Part shown: one piece after another, positions 10,455-19,708 of the stretch
How positions within the stretch are numbered: the stretch's first letter is position 1
Layout of the letters: every line of letters starts with the position of its first letter
DNA from: Candidatus Bathyarchaeia archaeon
GTDB taxonomy: Archaea; Thermoproteota; Bathyarchaeia; 40CM-2-53-6
DNA length: 64,000 nt
Direction of reading: 5' to 3'
NCBI GenBank assembly: GCA_050013255.1
Contig: JBEKFP010000001.1
Location: 448,001-512,000, forward strand
Notes under the pieces: model-generated
Database searches by the model: none
The model's input: the letters and a program-made list of their open reading frames with translations, nothing else
What the model was told of the DNA's origin: nothing
Position numbers and translations under genes: made by a program

Positions 10455-11606
10455 TTAATCTACTTTGACTACCGCAAACTCACGATATCCCACCACAATA
10501 CGCCAATAGCCAACCAATTCGTTGTCCAATGGGACATCGCCAGTGTCAACATGTAATTTCCGTTCAGGAAGATTGGCCAATTTGCTTCTAGTACAAATCA
10601 CTATGATGTTTTCTTTTCCAATTGCGCGGATCACGATAGGGGTAATTTGCTGATTTCCTCTGCCTAGGATGTGGCCCTGCCCGCCGATCGGGGAGATAAC
10701 CAACTTCGTTGAACGCATTCGGACTAGTTCTTCCAATTCCCTGCCAGTTACATCTCTCGCGACCAACCTACCCCTAAAAATAACGTCAACTCCGAGCAAT
10801 GTCTTTTGCACATCCAGCAATTCGGCAACCTTACTGGTAGTTGAACCAGGGCCTAGGACGTATTGAAATTCCTTGTCCATATCTTCTACTACAAACTTGG
10901 CTAACGCTTCTTGCTCAATGTCCCCCTCTAATGAGAACGGAGCTGATTTTGCATTTTGCATGAAACGCCTTGAAGAGGGCACGCGCAGTATTCCACAGAT
11001 TCTCGTTTGAATTCTACCATTGCGCATCGAATCTTCATCAAAATCCAACACCTCGGAGTCAACCGTCGCATTCTTATTCTCCATGAACAACGCGACTGCT
11101 CCTCCAACGGCCTCGGGTGAAGACGCGAAAACTCCGGAATAGTTCTTTACGCCGCAAGGTATACCGAGCACGGGAATATTTGCGTCAACAGCTTCCGAAA
11201 TATCACGAGCGGTACCATCTCCACCAGCAAATAATAGCAGGCTTACCCTATGTTCGAGCTCTTTCGCAGCCCTTAGAGTGTCAACCGCAGTAGTTCTTTC
11301 CATCAGCTGAATTGGTATTACGTCACAGTGTACGGCGGCCGCGGCCGCCTCGTTCTCTCCCATTTCGCCAGGACAAGTGATTACGTTCACTCCCGGAAGG
11401 TTCCGTTTCACCGCCCTTAGCGCCCGAATAGAACGCTCGGGCGCGACTGGATGACCTCCGCGTCTCAAGGCTTCCTCTAAGATCTCGGGGCGATCCGTTC
11501 CCTTGAGTCCTACGGCACCACCGATTCCTGCGATTGGATTTACTATAAGGCCCACATTTGGAACCTCCTCGGGTGCCTCAGCATCTCGTGATCCGTCACG
11601 TGTCAA
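10455..11606 (-). CDS. ATP-NAD kinase-like family protein (COG3199-like)
   Basis: NPIAGIGGAVGLKGTD, GGDGTARD, GPGST, GQG.ILGRGNQQI. Confidence 0.85.
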   Translation of the reverse strand: MTRDGSRDAEAPEEVPNVGLIVNPIAGIGGAVGLKGTDRPEILEEALRRGGHPVAPERSIRALRAVKRNLPGVNVITCPGEMGENEAAAAAVHCDVIPIQLMERTTAVDTLRAAKELEHRVSLLLFAGGDGTARDISEAVDANIPVLGIPCGVKNYSGVFASSPEAVGGAVALFMENKNATVDSEVLDFDEDSMRNGRIQTRICGILRVPSSRRFMQNAKSAPFSLEGDIEQEALAKFVVEDMDKEFQYVLGPGSTTSKVAELLDVQKTLLGVDVIFRGRLVARDVTGRELEELVRMRSTKLVISPIGGQGHILGRGNQQITPIVIRAIGKENIIVICTRSKLANLPERKLHVDTGDVPLDNELVGYWRIVVGYREFAVVKVD

Positions 11607-11683
11607 ACTAATTCATCCCGATCGAGAAACCAAAGTTCAACTACGAAAGACTTGTCTGGGGGTGTAGCGAACTTCCATAAATC

Positions 11684-12028
11684 GTGGCTGGTAGAATGTC
11701 AGGTACAATCGTAAGGTGCCCCTCTTGCAAGAGGGCGAACAAGCTGGATGCCAGATATTGCATTGATTGCGGATCAATACTGAAACCTATCTATTGTTCT
11801 TCTTGCGGAACAGCTAACCCCGAAGGCTTGGAGCAGTGTCTCGAATGTGGAAACCCACTGCCGACCCTAATGGGCATACGATGGAGCCCCATCGTCAATG
11901 TTCTAAAGCCCACTTCAGCGATGACCAATGAGGAAATCAGTGATTTGGGTGGGAAGCCCGAAGGGACCGCTGACGAATCCCTATATGGGAACTTAACGTC
12001 GCGACGTAATAAGAAAATTAGGCGTTAG
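11684..12028 (+). CDS. Double zinc-ribbon protein
   Basis: Four CxxC pairs (CPSC, CIDCG, CSSCG, CLECG). Confidence 0.75.
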   Translation: MAGRMSGTIVRCPSCKRANKLDARYCIDCGSILKPIYCSSCGTANPEGLEQCLECGNPLPTLMGIRWSPIVNVLKPTSAMTNEEISDLGGKPEGTADESLYGNLTSRRNKKIRR

Positions 12029-13172
12029 CAACGTCTGATGAGGGTACCTGTCTCTTTCTTGAATAACCATACTTGCTCGGATCATAGAATGGCGGTCTGA
12101 CAATCTTCCCCTCCTCTAGACGACCTCTTACCTCGATTTCGATACCAATGCCTTCCCGTCCAACGTCAGGTCCAACGTATCCCATTGCGATGCCTTTGTT
12201 CAGAATCGGTGATAGAGTTCCGCTTGTGACTGTTCCGACATTTTTCGCAGAGTGAATTATGTTAAACCCATGCCTTGGGATAACACGTTTCGTTGTTACA
12301 AGGCCGATGCGCGTTCTCAGGGGTCCTTTTTCCTTAATTTCTTGCAATCTCTTCTTGCCGATGAACTCTTTGTCTAGTTTGACCACGAACCCCAGCTTCG
12401 CCTCGTACGGGTTTGTTTTCTCATCCATGTCCGTCCCGTATAGGCAAAGTCCAGCTTCCAAGCGCAGAACATCTCGAGCCCCCAACCCGCACGGTTCAAG
12501 CCCATAAGCTTCACCGGCCTGCAAGACTCGATCCCAGACCATTCGCGCCTTCTCAGGTTTAGCTACAGGAGAATCCCAAACGAACAATTCAAACCCGTCC
12601 TCCCCAGTATAGCCAGTCCTGGAAACCAAGGCCCTGGTCCCAGCAATCTGTGCCCAAGAGCACCCGAACCTAGGCATTGCATCGAGTTGAATACTAAACA
12701 GTGGTTGCATGATGGGGATTGTTTTCGGGCCTTGCACAGCGAACATCGCGACATCATCAGATACGTCTTGGATATCGACATTCAGGCCTCTAGCGTTGCT
12801 CAGAATCCAATCGTAGTCTTTAGATCGGTTCGCAGCGTTGTAGACGATTAAGTGCTCACCCTCTTGCAACCGGAAGACCAGCACATCATCTTTGATGCCC
12901 CCTTCAGGGTTGCACAGAAGGGAGTACTGGCCTTCGCCGTTCGCAAGGGAAGCAACATTATTCGTCGATAGATTATCCAGTAACTTCTGTGAATTGTTTC
13001 CCCGAATTATCGCGCGACCCATGTGGCTAACGTCGAAAATTCCTGCAGCGTTTCGAACAGCCATTGATTCGAGTATGATTCCTTTAAACCAGAGGGGGAG
13101 GTTGAAACCTGCGAATTCCGACAGATGCCCGTTTTCCTCATGAAAACTTTGAACCTGGACATCTTTGGGCAA
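12018..13172 (-). CDS. gcvT: Glycine cleavage system aminomethyltransferase T
   Basis: GIFDVSHMG, AVQGP, SRTGYTGEDGFE, GLGARDVLRLEAG. Confidence 0.95.
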   Translation of the reverse strand: MPKDVQVQSFHEENGHLSEFAGFNLPLWFKGIILESMAVRNAAGIFDVSHMGRAIIRGNNSQKLLDNLSTNNVASLANGEGQYSLLCNPEGGIKDDVLVFRLQEGEHLIVYNAANRSKDYDWILSNARGLNVDIQDVSDDVAMFAVQGPKTIPIMQPLFSIQLDAMPRFGCSWAQIAGTRALVSRTGYTGEDGFELFVWDSPVAKPEKARMVWDRVLQAGEAYGLEPCGLGARDVLRLEAGLCLYGTDMDEKTNPYEAKLGFVVKLDKEFIGKKRLQEIKEKGPLRTRIGLVTTKRVIPRHGFNIIHSAKNVGTVTSGTLSPILNKGIAMGYVGPDVGREGIGIEIEVRGRLEEGKIVRPPFYDPSKYGYSRKRQVPSSDVANA

Positions 13173-13209
13173 GCTACTTCGCTCTTACCGCGCAGCTGTC
13201 TTTACCAGG

Positions 13210-13383
13210 TCAGGTCGTTTCTTCGTAGGGAACTATTTTGACTTTCTCAGTTGCGAAATCTAGTTTTTTCTTGCATTGTGGGCAGATACCGTTGTGTCGT
13301 TGAATGATTTCGGTTGGCGTTTCTAGCTCAAGCCCATGATATAGAATCGAGCCGCAGGCTTCGCATACGATCTTTTGTGGCAT
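13210..13383 (-). CDS. Small zinc-ribbon protein, 57 aa (not in ORF track)
   Basis: Own translation: MPQKIVCEACGSILYHGLELETPTEIIQRHNGICPQCKKKLDFATEKVKIVPYEETT*; two CxxC pairs; fills the gap before gcvT. Confidence 0.75.
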   Translation of the reverse strand: MPQKIVCEACGSILYHGLELETPTEIIQRHNGICPQCKKKLDFATEKVKIVPYEETT

Positions 13384-13467
13384 GCCTTAACCACGTTAGC
13401 CAAGCGGGGACAAGCATGGTAACATATTTTAGCCTCGTGGTCATTCCAGGTGCGAGTGTTGTAAAAT

Positions 13468-13926
13468 ATGTTCGAAGGGCTTCGAATCAAGCTTCGCAGG
13501 CTGCCATGGAGACTACAACGAGCTTTCACAAACGTCAGCTATTCCCTTAGAATTTTCAGGTCGCCCACTGCAAGAAGGATGAAACCCTCGACCACTGTAA
13601 TGATTGTGGCGGTGCTTGTCTTCGTCGGTTTCGTACTGGCTGGAGGAATATACGATATACTAGAACGCCCAATCTCGCTACTGCCCTCCCCTACTGGATA
13701 CTCAGTCGTCATTAAGGGAACCTTAGGGCAGCAGACACTGAACGAGAGCCTGATTGCGGCTTTCCTCTACATGCTCGGTCTGGGGGGGCTGTACATGCTT
13801 CTTCGGAGCACAAGGTTTGCTTACAGGCCACGCAACGCGTACCTCCTCCTCATACTAGGCACGCTTACGGTACTCATTGTCGTATTCTACTCGACTGCGC
13901 TCATTAATCAAAAGATCGGCGGATGA
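13468..13926 (+). CDS. OST3/OST6 family (OSTC/DC2-like) 3-TM membrane protein
   Basis: GGIYDILERP...GQQTLNESLIAAFLY.LG.GGL...LLLILG...QK resembles eukaryotic OSTC (GGIIYDVIVEPP...GQYIMEGL..SFLF..GGLG...LLLFIG...K), compared from memory. Confidence 0.7.
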   Translation: MFEGLRIKLRRLPWRLQRAFTNVSYSLRIFRSPTARRMKPSTTVMIVAVLVFVGFVLAGGIYDILERPISLLPSPTGYSVVIKGTLGQQTLNESLIAAFLYMLGLGGLYMLLRSTRFAYRPRNAYLLLILGTLTVLIVVFYSTALINQKIGG

Positions 13927-13939
13927 TGATAGGGTTAAC

Positions 13940-14473
13940 TCACCAATAGTTCCTCTTAAGCCCGAGACAGTACGCGGCAACATTCGTGAGAAAGTGAATG
14001 GGTGGAGTCACAAAAAGTAATATTGCGATTGCTCCCAGACTTAACCTGTAAACCGAAGAAACAAACAGTAATGCACCTAATACAAAATCCAGTTGGTCTA
14101 TTCCGGGTAATGCGTCGCCCGGTTTGATTCTTAGTCTTCTCTTTAGAAAGGCCCCCCCCAAGTCGCCCAAAAGCGCGCCGACCGACGCCAAGACTGCGAT
14201 TAGGAACAGGTTCCTTGAGACCAAGTAGTAACCAAAAGCCCCTACTATTGCGCCAACCACCAGCCCACTAAGAATTCCGCGGACCGTCTTGTTGTCCCCG
14301 AGAATCCGGTTCCCATCGGAGAGAGATTTGCCTAAATCTATCGGAAGGCCTCCGCCAAAAATGACTGGCGCGCCGTTAGTGCAGTACGCTGGTATTATGA
14401 TGTAGAGGGCCGAAACCAAATCCTGTGTCGAAGGCCACAAACTGTTCACCAGCTGAAAGAAAGACGCTAGCAT
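13940..14473 (-). CDS. carS: CDP-archaeol synthase
   Basis: NGAPV..GG..PID.G, GDNKT.RG, GDL..AFLKRR, IDQLDF. Confidence 0.92.
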   Translation of the reverse strand: MLASFFQLVNSLWPSTQDLVSALYIIIPAYCTNGAPVIFGGGLPIDLGKSLSDGNRILGDNKTVRGILSGLVVGAIVGAFGYYLVSRNLFLIAVLASVGALLGDLGGAFLKRRLRIKPGDALPGIDQLDFVLGALLFVSSVYRLSLGAIAILLFVTPPIHFLTNVAAYCLGLKRNYW

Positions 14474-14493
14474 CCGGTTTATAGAAATAAGAG

Positions 14494-15198
14494 TTAGGTT
14501 GAGACATCCGACAGTCCGGTTTCACTGAGTGCAATGAGGCAACTAGTTCTCGCGACGTCTGAACCTCCGCTTCTCTCCAAAACGAACTCCTTGACATTCG
14601 TCTTGGGAGTATTTCTAAGCCTGAGGATCGTCTGCGGAAAATGGAACAACGCCCTACGTGCGACTGGTTCAATTTCAGCTGCGGGCGTGGTTAGGCGGGC
14701 GTGAACTTGGCTTGTTAGCATACAGGCAATTCTACGAGAAGCGGACAATTCTCCCAAGTACGCAACCTGTCTACTGAGGTCTCTGTTGAGGCTAAAAATG
14801 CTCTCCGAACCTGAAAATGCAGCACGATAGAGGGAACTCATAGAATCGATAATCACCAAACCAAGAGCTGGGGTGACATAGTTTTCGAGCGATTCAACGA
14901 TACTCCGTTGCTCTGAAAAAGTCTCGGGCAGGAAGAGCAGTATTAATTGGCTGATCTCCTCAGAGTTCACTCCAGCTATCTGATGAAACCTCTGTTGGGT
15001 GAACGAATGGTCGGAGTCCAAGTATAGTGTCTTGAGGCCTAACTTGGCTGCGGCAATTGCCGCCTGAATCACTGTAGTTGTTTTGCCGGTTGCAGCTTCA
15101 CCATAAACTAGTGCCACCTCTCCTCTTGCGAGGCCTCCGTTGAGCAGTTTATCCAAACCGCTGCAACCAATTGGAATTCTTTCCTGGCCTGCTCGCAA
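14494..15198 (-). CDS. radB: RadB-like RecA-family ATPase
   Basis: LDKLLNGG, GEAATGKT Walker A, VIIDS Walker B, TSQV; no N-terminal HhH domain. Confidence 0.8.
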   Translation of the reverse strand: MRAGQERIPIGCSGLDKLLNGGLARGEVALVYGEAATGKTTTVIQAAIAAAKLGLKTLYLDSDHSFTQQRFHQIAGVNSEEISQLILLFLPETFSEQRSIVESLENYVTPALGLVIIDSMSSLYRAAFSGSESIFSLNRDLSRQVAYLGELSASRRIACMLTSQVHARLTTPAAEIEPVARRALFHFPQTILRLRNTPKTNVKEFVLERSGGSDVARTSCLIALSETGLSDVST

Positions 15199-15280
15199 CT
15201 AGATTATCCTCACAGGTCGCAGAGAAGCCGATTCCGGGAAGATTTCATCGCCGGAGTTCCCGGGTTCCGCGAGAAGTATC

Positions 15281-15697
15281 CTATTCCTGACTTGACATTA
15301 ATTCCTTTACAATTGCGCGAGGTCTAGCAGCATCAAGTAGTCGAGTGAACTGTTTGATCCATAATGGATAGAGGTGAAGTCTTCCATAGAAAAATTCTTC
15401 GAAAACCAGATTATCTAGCAAGCTCATGGCTCGGCGAACCCTCGAGTAGCCGTAGACCGTTGATAGCCGGTCGACATTATCGAGTGAAGGTAGGCTCATG
15501 AATTCTGAAGCTATAGTTTCGTACACTCCCATCTGCACTTGCCCTTCTTGCAATCTTCGTGCCTGTAACTTACGTAGAGCCAGTCGCTTAAACACCCGCG
15601 ACTGCTGCAGCCGCTCTTCGAGGGTGGAATTATTGGATGAATTCATGCGGGATTCATTCCCAGTATGCGTACGCGATGCATTTTTAAATTCATGCAT
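15281..15697 (-). CDS. Hypothetical protein (start uncertain)
   Basis: ORF fills the gap between gcvH and radB on the same strand; no recognised motif. Confidence 0.5.
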   Translation of the reverse strand: MHEFKNASRTHTGNESRMNSSNNSTLEERLQQSRVFKRLALRKLQARRLQEGQVQMGVYETIASEFMSLPSLDNVDRLSTVYGYSRVRRAMSLLDNLVFEEFFYGRLHLYPLWIKQFTRLLDAARPRAIVKELMSSQE

Positions 15698-15735
15698 GAA
15701 CGATGAAATAACCGTCCTCTCTTCCTGTCGAGTCT

Positions 15736-16128
15736 TTAGGTCTTCTTGGTAAGTTCCTCGAGAAAACTCCCGTAGCCTTCTGCCTTCAACAAGGCCTGCA
15801 GGTCAGTTGGCAGGCGCGAAGGCTTAACTATGACAATCCAACCGGCACCGTATGGGTCTTGGTTCACGAGTTCTGGAGACTCAACCAATTTCTCATTGCG
15901 CTCTGCAACTTCACCAGAAACTGGTGAATAAAGTTCGGAAACGGCTTTGACTGATTCAACTGTCCCGAAAGCAATGTTTTGAGTTAAGGCCTTACCCACG
16001 TTAGGCAGATCCACGTACACGACTTCGTGAAGCGCCTTCTGTGCATGATCTGTTATTCCGATGCGGCATTTTCCATTCTCAAGCTTCATCCACTCATGCT
16101 CTTTAGTGTAGTACAATCCTTCCGGCAC
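15736..16128 (-). CDS. gcvH: Glycine cleavage system H protein (lipoyl carrier)
   Basis: YTKEHEW, GITDHAQ, VESVKAVSELYSPVSG, NQDPYGAGW; start uncertain, GTG 16128 chosen because the longer ORF overlaps the next gene. Confidence 0.93.
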   Translation of the reverse strand: MPEGLYYTKEHEWMKLENGKCRIGITDHAQKALHEVVYVDLPNVGKALTQNIAFGTVESVKAVSELYSPVSGEVAERNEKLVESPELVNQDPYGAGWIVIVKPSRLPTDLQALLKAEGYGSFLEELTKKT

Positions 16129-16268
16129 TTCAGAGTTGGCAACCCTCGTTAGTGAACCCTCCGAGCAATCACGGGATGAATCGATAGTGTATTTAGCAAT
16201 ATGCTCTGACTTCTTGGCTTGCAGAATGCAAAGTGAGTGATTCAACCTATCGAAGATGACTTCTGTCC

Positions 16269-17366
16269 ATGCGATACATCCTCGCACCCAACAACACACT
16301 AATGATCCGAGGTCCTGCATCTTGTAGACTGCTGAATGGGGAGGCTGAAGTTCTGGGCGCCCCATTAGACCGACAACGCAGATTGACGATAAACCGAGAC
16401 AAACAACTTCCAGTTGAAGCTAAAACTGAAGTCCACTTGGAAATTTTGATGGGTAAGTCTGCCGAGGTATTCGAGGTAGAAGGCAGCACGATACCCGCTT
16501 CTTGGACCGTGGCTGCAGATGCTTTAGTTGAGATGGAAAAAGGTAAGGTCATCCTGATCGGAATGACCGACGTCGGCAAAAGCACTCTCTCTACCTACAT
16601 GACAAACAAGTTGTTAGGGAAACAGTTGAGTCTCCACATAATTGACGGTGACATAGGACAAGCCGACATTGGGCCTCCAACAACCATAGGATATTCCATC
16701 CCAACAACTTCCATCTCTTCGCTCGTCGAACTCAGACCGGAATCTATCATTTTCATCGGCCACACAAGCGCAAGTCAGGTCGAAACGAAAATCATCGACG
16801 GGATACGGCGCCTCTCTAATCGCGCCCAAGATTCTCTTACAATCATAAACACCGACGGCTGGGTCCTCGACCCTGAAGCAATTTCATACAAAATCCGAAT
16901 GATAGCTGCAACTGAACCTGACCTTGTAATAGGGTTGGCTACCGGGGCGGAACTTCAGCCCGTACTATCTGGGTCACGGGCGCGCGCGTTGAATGTTGAT
17001 ACTGCAAAGGATGTGTTAGCGCGTTCCCGCAGCGACAGACGCGAGACTCGAATCACAGGTTACCGAAGATTCCTGGAAGGAGCAAGGACAAGAACTATCT
17101 CTTTACGAGCGGTCGATCTTTCAATCCCCGTTGGATTCCCCAAGGTTCATGGGCCAAAAGCATGGGAATTGAACAGCTTAATTGTTGGCCTCCTAGACGA
17201 TGAGGGGTACATGCTTGAGATAGGAGTTCTCATGGGTTTTGCAAATGATACGGTCAGAGTTTACTGCAGGTCGGTTGAGCGTGTTCACAAGATCGAAGTG
17301 GGCTACCTTAAATTGTCGAAGGACGGCACTGAACTTGGATATTTTGAACCACGGGAACCATTCTGA
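16269..17366 (+). CDS. Clp1/Grc3/Nol9-family polynucleotide 5'-kinase
   Basis: G.TDVGKST, DGDIGQADIGPP, INTDGW, R...R lid motif. Confidence 0.88.
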   Translation: MRYILAPNNTLMIRGPASCRLLNGEAEVLGAPLDRQRRLTINRDKQLPVEAKTEVHLEILMGKSAEVFEVEGSTIPASWTVAADALVEMEKGKVILIGMTDVGKSTLSTYMTNKLLGKQLSLHIIDGDIGQADIGPPTTIGYSIPTTSISSLVELRPESIIFIGHTSASQVETKIIDGIRRLSNRAQDSLTIINTDGWVLDPEAISYKIRMIAATEPDLVIGLATGAELQPVLSGSRARALNVDTAKDVLARSRSDRRETRITGYRRFLEGARTRTISLRAVDLSIPVGFPKVHGPKAWELNSLIVGLLDDEGYMLEIGVLMGFANDTVRVYCRSVERVHKIEVGYLKLSKDGTELGYFEPREPF

Positions 17367-17432
17367 AACGACTATCCTTTAATGAAACAAATACCAACAA
17401 ACAGCGAAATTCTATCCGGAGTGTCATATGCA

Positions 17433-18836
17433 TTGAGTACCCTTGAAGAATATAGGGCACAGATTCGAGAAACAGATAAACAACTTCTCTCCGTGATCAA
17501 AGAGCGATTAGTGCTTGGTGACCGGGTTGCCCACCTCAAAGAGAGAAAAGGCCTGCCGACCATAGACGCAGATGCTGAACAGGCCACTATGGTCAGCCTC
17601 GCGAATTTTGCTGGAAACTTGGGGATCGGCAAATCCTTCGCCAGAAGGTTAGGAGAATTACTGATCGAGGAAACCGTCAGCGTACAAGAACAAGCACGAC
17701 CTTCGAAGTCAAAGGATCAGCTTCTGAAGGAAATCTTTGAACTCACTCAGAAATTGATGGCTCAGGGCGAACGAATAACGAGATTCGAGATTGGAGAACC
17801 AAACTTCCCACCTTCACAGCAAGTAATTCGCGGCTTAAGCGATAGCTTCCGAAAGAAGAAAGTGATCGGCTACGGGCCAGCAGCCGGCTTGCTCGAATTG
17901 AGAAATGCTTTAGCAGATGAGATGAGTGAACAACACCGCACCAAGATTGACCCTGACCAGATATTAATCGTACCAGGTGGCAGATTCGCAATTTTCGCCA
18001 CAATTACCAGCTCTCTTTCCCCACTCGAACGCGCAATCATACCCCAACCCGCCTGGCCCGCGTACGAAGAGTGTGTGAACTTCGCTAGAGGTCGAGTAAT
18101 CACCGTGAATACGACTCTGGATAACGGATGGGAAATCGACATTGAACAGCTTGAGTTGGAACTACGAAAAGGGGTGCGTATCCTAGTTTTGAATAGTCCA
18201 AACAACCCGACGGGTAAGATAATCGGCAGAAAGAAGTTTGAAGAAATAGTTGACATGGCCCGCAAATACGAGACAATGATTCTTTCCGACGAAGTGTACG
18301 ACAGATACGCCCGAGCTTCACCCCCGAGCATACTTGAGACTCAATATGACAACGTAGTCTACATCAACAGCTTCTCCAAGCAGTTCAGTCTAACCGGGTG
18401 GAGAATTGCTTACTTAGTAACTACGAAAGAGAGGGCAATGCAGATCCGCCGCGTGATCCAAACTGCCGTAACCTGTGTCCCAGAATTCATCCAGCGGGCA
18501 GCACTCGTCGCGATCAAAAAAGGGCGCCATCATGCGAAGCGCAATATCGGAGCCATAATGAAGAAGGTTGACCTTACCTGCCGCGAACTAGAGAAAATAG
18601 ATGTTTCCTTCTACAAGCCCGAGGGGGCCTTCTACGTATTCCCCAAAGCGAACAAACCTAATTTCGACTCGTTAAGATTCGCTAAGCAACTTCTGGAGCA
18701 ACACAAGGTAAGTATTAGCCCGGGCCAATCATTTGGAGAGTATCCAGCGTTCTTCAGGCTTGCCATCTCACTGCCGGAGCGACAGATCCCAAGCGCCATA
18801 AGAGCGATTGGAGGGGCGATTGATTCATGGCCGTAG
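17433..18836 (+). CDS. Chorismate mutase (AroQ) fused to class I/II PLP aminotransferase
   Basis: N-terminal LEEYRAQI.ETD..LL..IKER...VAHLK; then IGEPNF, NSPNNPTG, SDEVY, SFSKQFSLTGWRI. TTG 17433 follows GGAGTG; the ORF extends to ATG 17382. Confidence 0.85.
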   Translation: MSTLEEYRAQIRETDKQLLSVIKERLVLGDRVAHLKERKGLPTIDADAEQATMVSLANFAGNLGIGKSFARRLGELLIEETVSVQEQARPSKSKDQLLKEIFELTQKLMAQGERITRFEIGEPNFPPSQQVIRGLSDSFRKKKVIGYGPAAGLLELRNALADEMSEQHRTKIDPDQILIVPGGRFAIFATITSSLSPLERAIIPQPAWPAYEECVNFARGRVITVNTTLDNGWEIDIEQLELELRKGVRILVLNSPNNPTGKIIGRKKFEEIVDMARKYETMILSDEVYDRYARASPPSILETQYDNVVYINSFSKQFSLTGWRIAYLVTTKERAMQIRRVIQTAVTCVPEFIQRAALVAIKKGRHHAKRNIGAIMKKVDLTCRELEKIDVSFYKPEGAFYVFPKANKPNFDSLRFAKQLLEQHKVSISPGQSFGEYPAFFRLAISLPERQIPSAIRAIGGAIDSWP

Positions 18837-19708
18837 CAACAGTCATCGGCGGAGCAGGCAGAATGGGTGCTTGGTTTGCAGATTTCCTGAAGAAAAAAGG
18901 TTACCGAATTATCATCTCCGACAAGAACGATCGTCAAGGGAAGAATCTCGCCCGACAGAAAAGGTTCCGTTTCATCAAAGACTCTAGGCTTGCGGTTCAA
19001 CCCGCACAGTTAGTCGTTCTCGCTACCCCCACCGAGGCGACTAAGCACATTTTGTTGAAAATCGAACCTCATCTCTCTAGCAGCTGCCTCCTCGTTGAGA
19101 TATCATCAATCAAGGAACCTGTCAGAGCAATTCTTCAGAGCATGAAAAGGCGTGGAATTACTGTCCTTAGCATTCACCCAATGTTCGGCCCAGGAATCAA
19201 GAATCTCACAGGGAAAACAATTATTACAACTTTGCTTCCTCGCGGCAGAAGTGCCGCCGAATTTCTTTCACTCTTCCGGAAAGAGGGGGCGAGAATTATT
19301 CGCAGTGACTTTGATCAGCATGACAAGTTCGCATCCTTCACATTGGCCCTACCACACTTCATGAATGTCGCATTCGTCAATGTCCTGAAAACCTCCGGGC
19401 TTAGCCCGAACGAATTGAGGGCAGTAGCCGGGACAACATTCAAACTCCAGCTAATCATCGCCGAAATGGTTTACCGAGAAAGCTTTGGAAATGAAATTTC
19501 AATTTTGATGGACAGCAAGAACTTGCTGGAGACGCTGAAGGCCTTCGTGCGGTACAGCAATCGGACACTTTGGATGCTTGGCCGTGAGAAGAGGGGCGAT
19601 TTGCTTCAAGACCTCAGGAAAGGACAATGCTACCTTCAAAAGGATTTGATATTTCCCGGCGTGGATGGGCGCTTCAATGCGGCGGTTGAAGCTTCGAGCG
19701 CCCACTGA
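18827..19708 (+). CDS. tyrA: Prephenate/arogenate dehydrogenase
   Basis: IGGAGRMG Rossmann motif, EISSIK, SIHPMFGP, HD......ALPH. Confidence 0.9.
   Translation: MAVATVIGGAGRMGAWFADFLKKKGYRIIISDKNDRQGKNLARQKRFRFIKDSRLAVQPAQLVVLATPTEATKHILLKIEPHLSSSCLLVEISSIKEPVRAILQSMKRRGITVLSIHPMFGPGIKNLTGKTIITTLLPRGRSAAEFLSLFRKEGARIIRSDFDQHDKFASFTLALPHFMNVAFVNVLKTSGLSPNELRAVAGTTFKLQLIIAEMVYRESFGNEISILMDSKNLLETLKAFVRYSNRTLWMLGREKRGDLLQDLRKGQCYLQKDLIFPGVDGRFNAAVEASSAH

Noticed and set aside
16129-16365. Long N-terminal extensions on gcvH and similarly on the Rieske, aroA, PH-domain and p27-like ORFs
   Set aside because: Artefacts of longest-ORF calling; they overlap neighbours or promoters and closer starts exist
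17428-17436. ATG-CAT-TGA minigene overlapping the chorismate mutase TTG start
   Set aside because: No aromatic codon, and an in-frame SD-led TTG exists; probably chance
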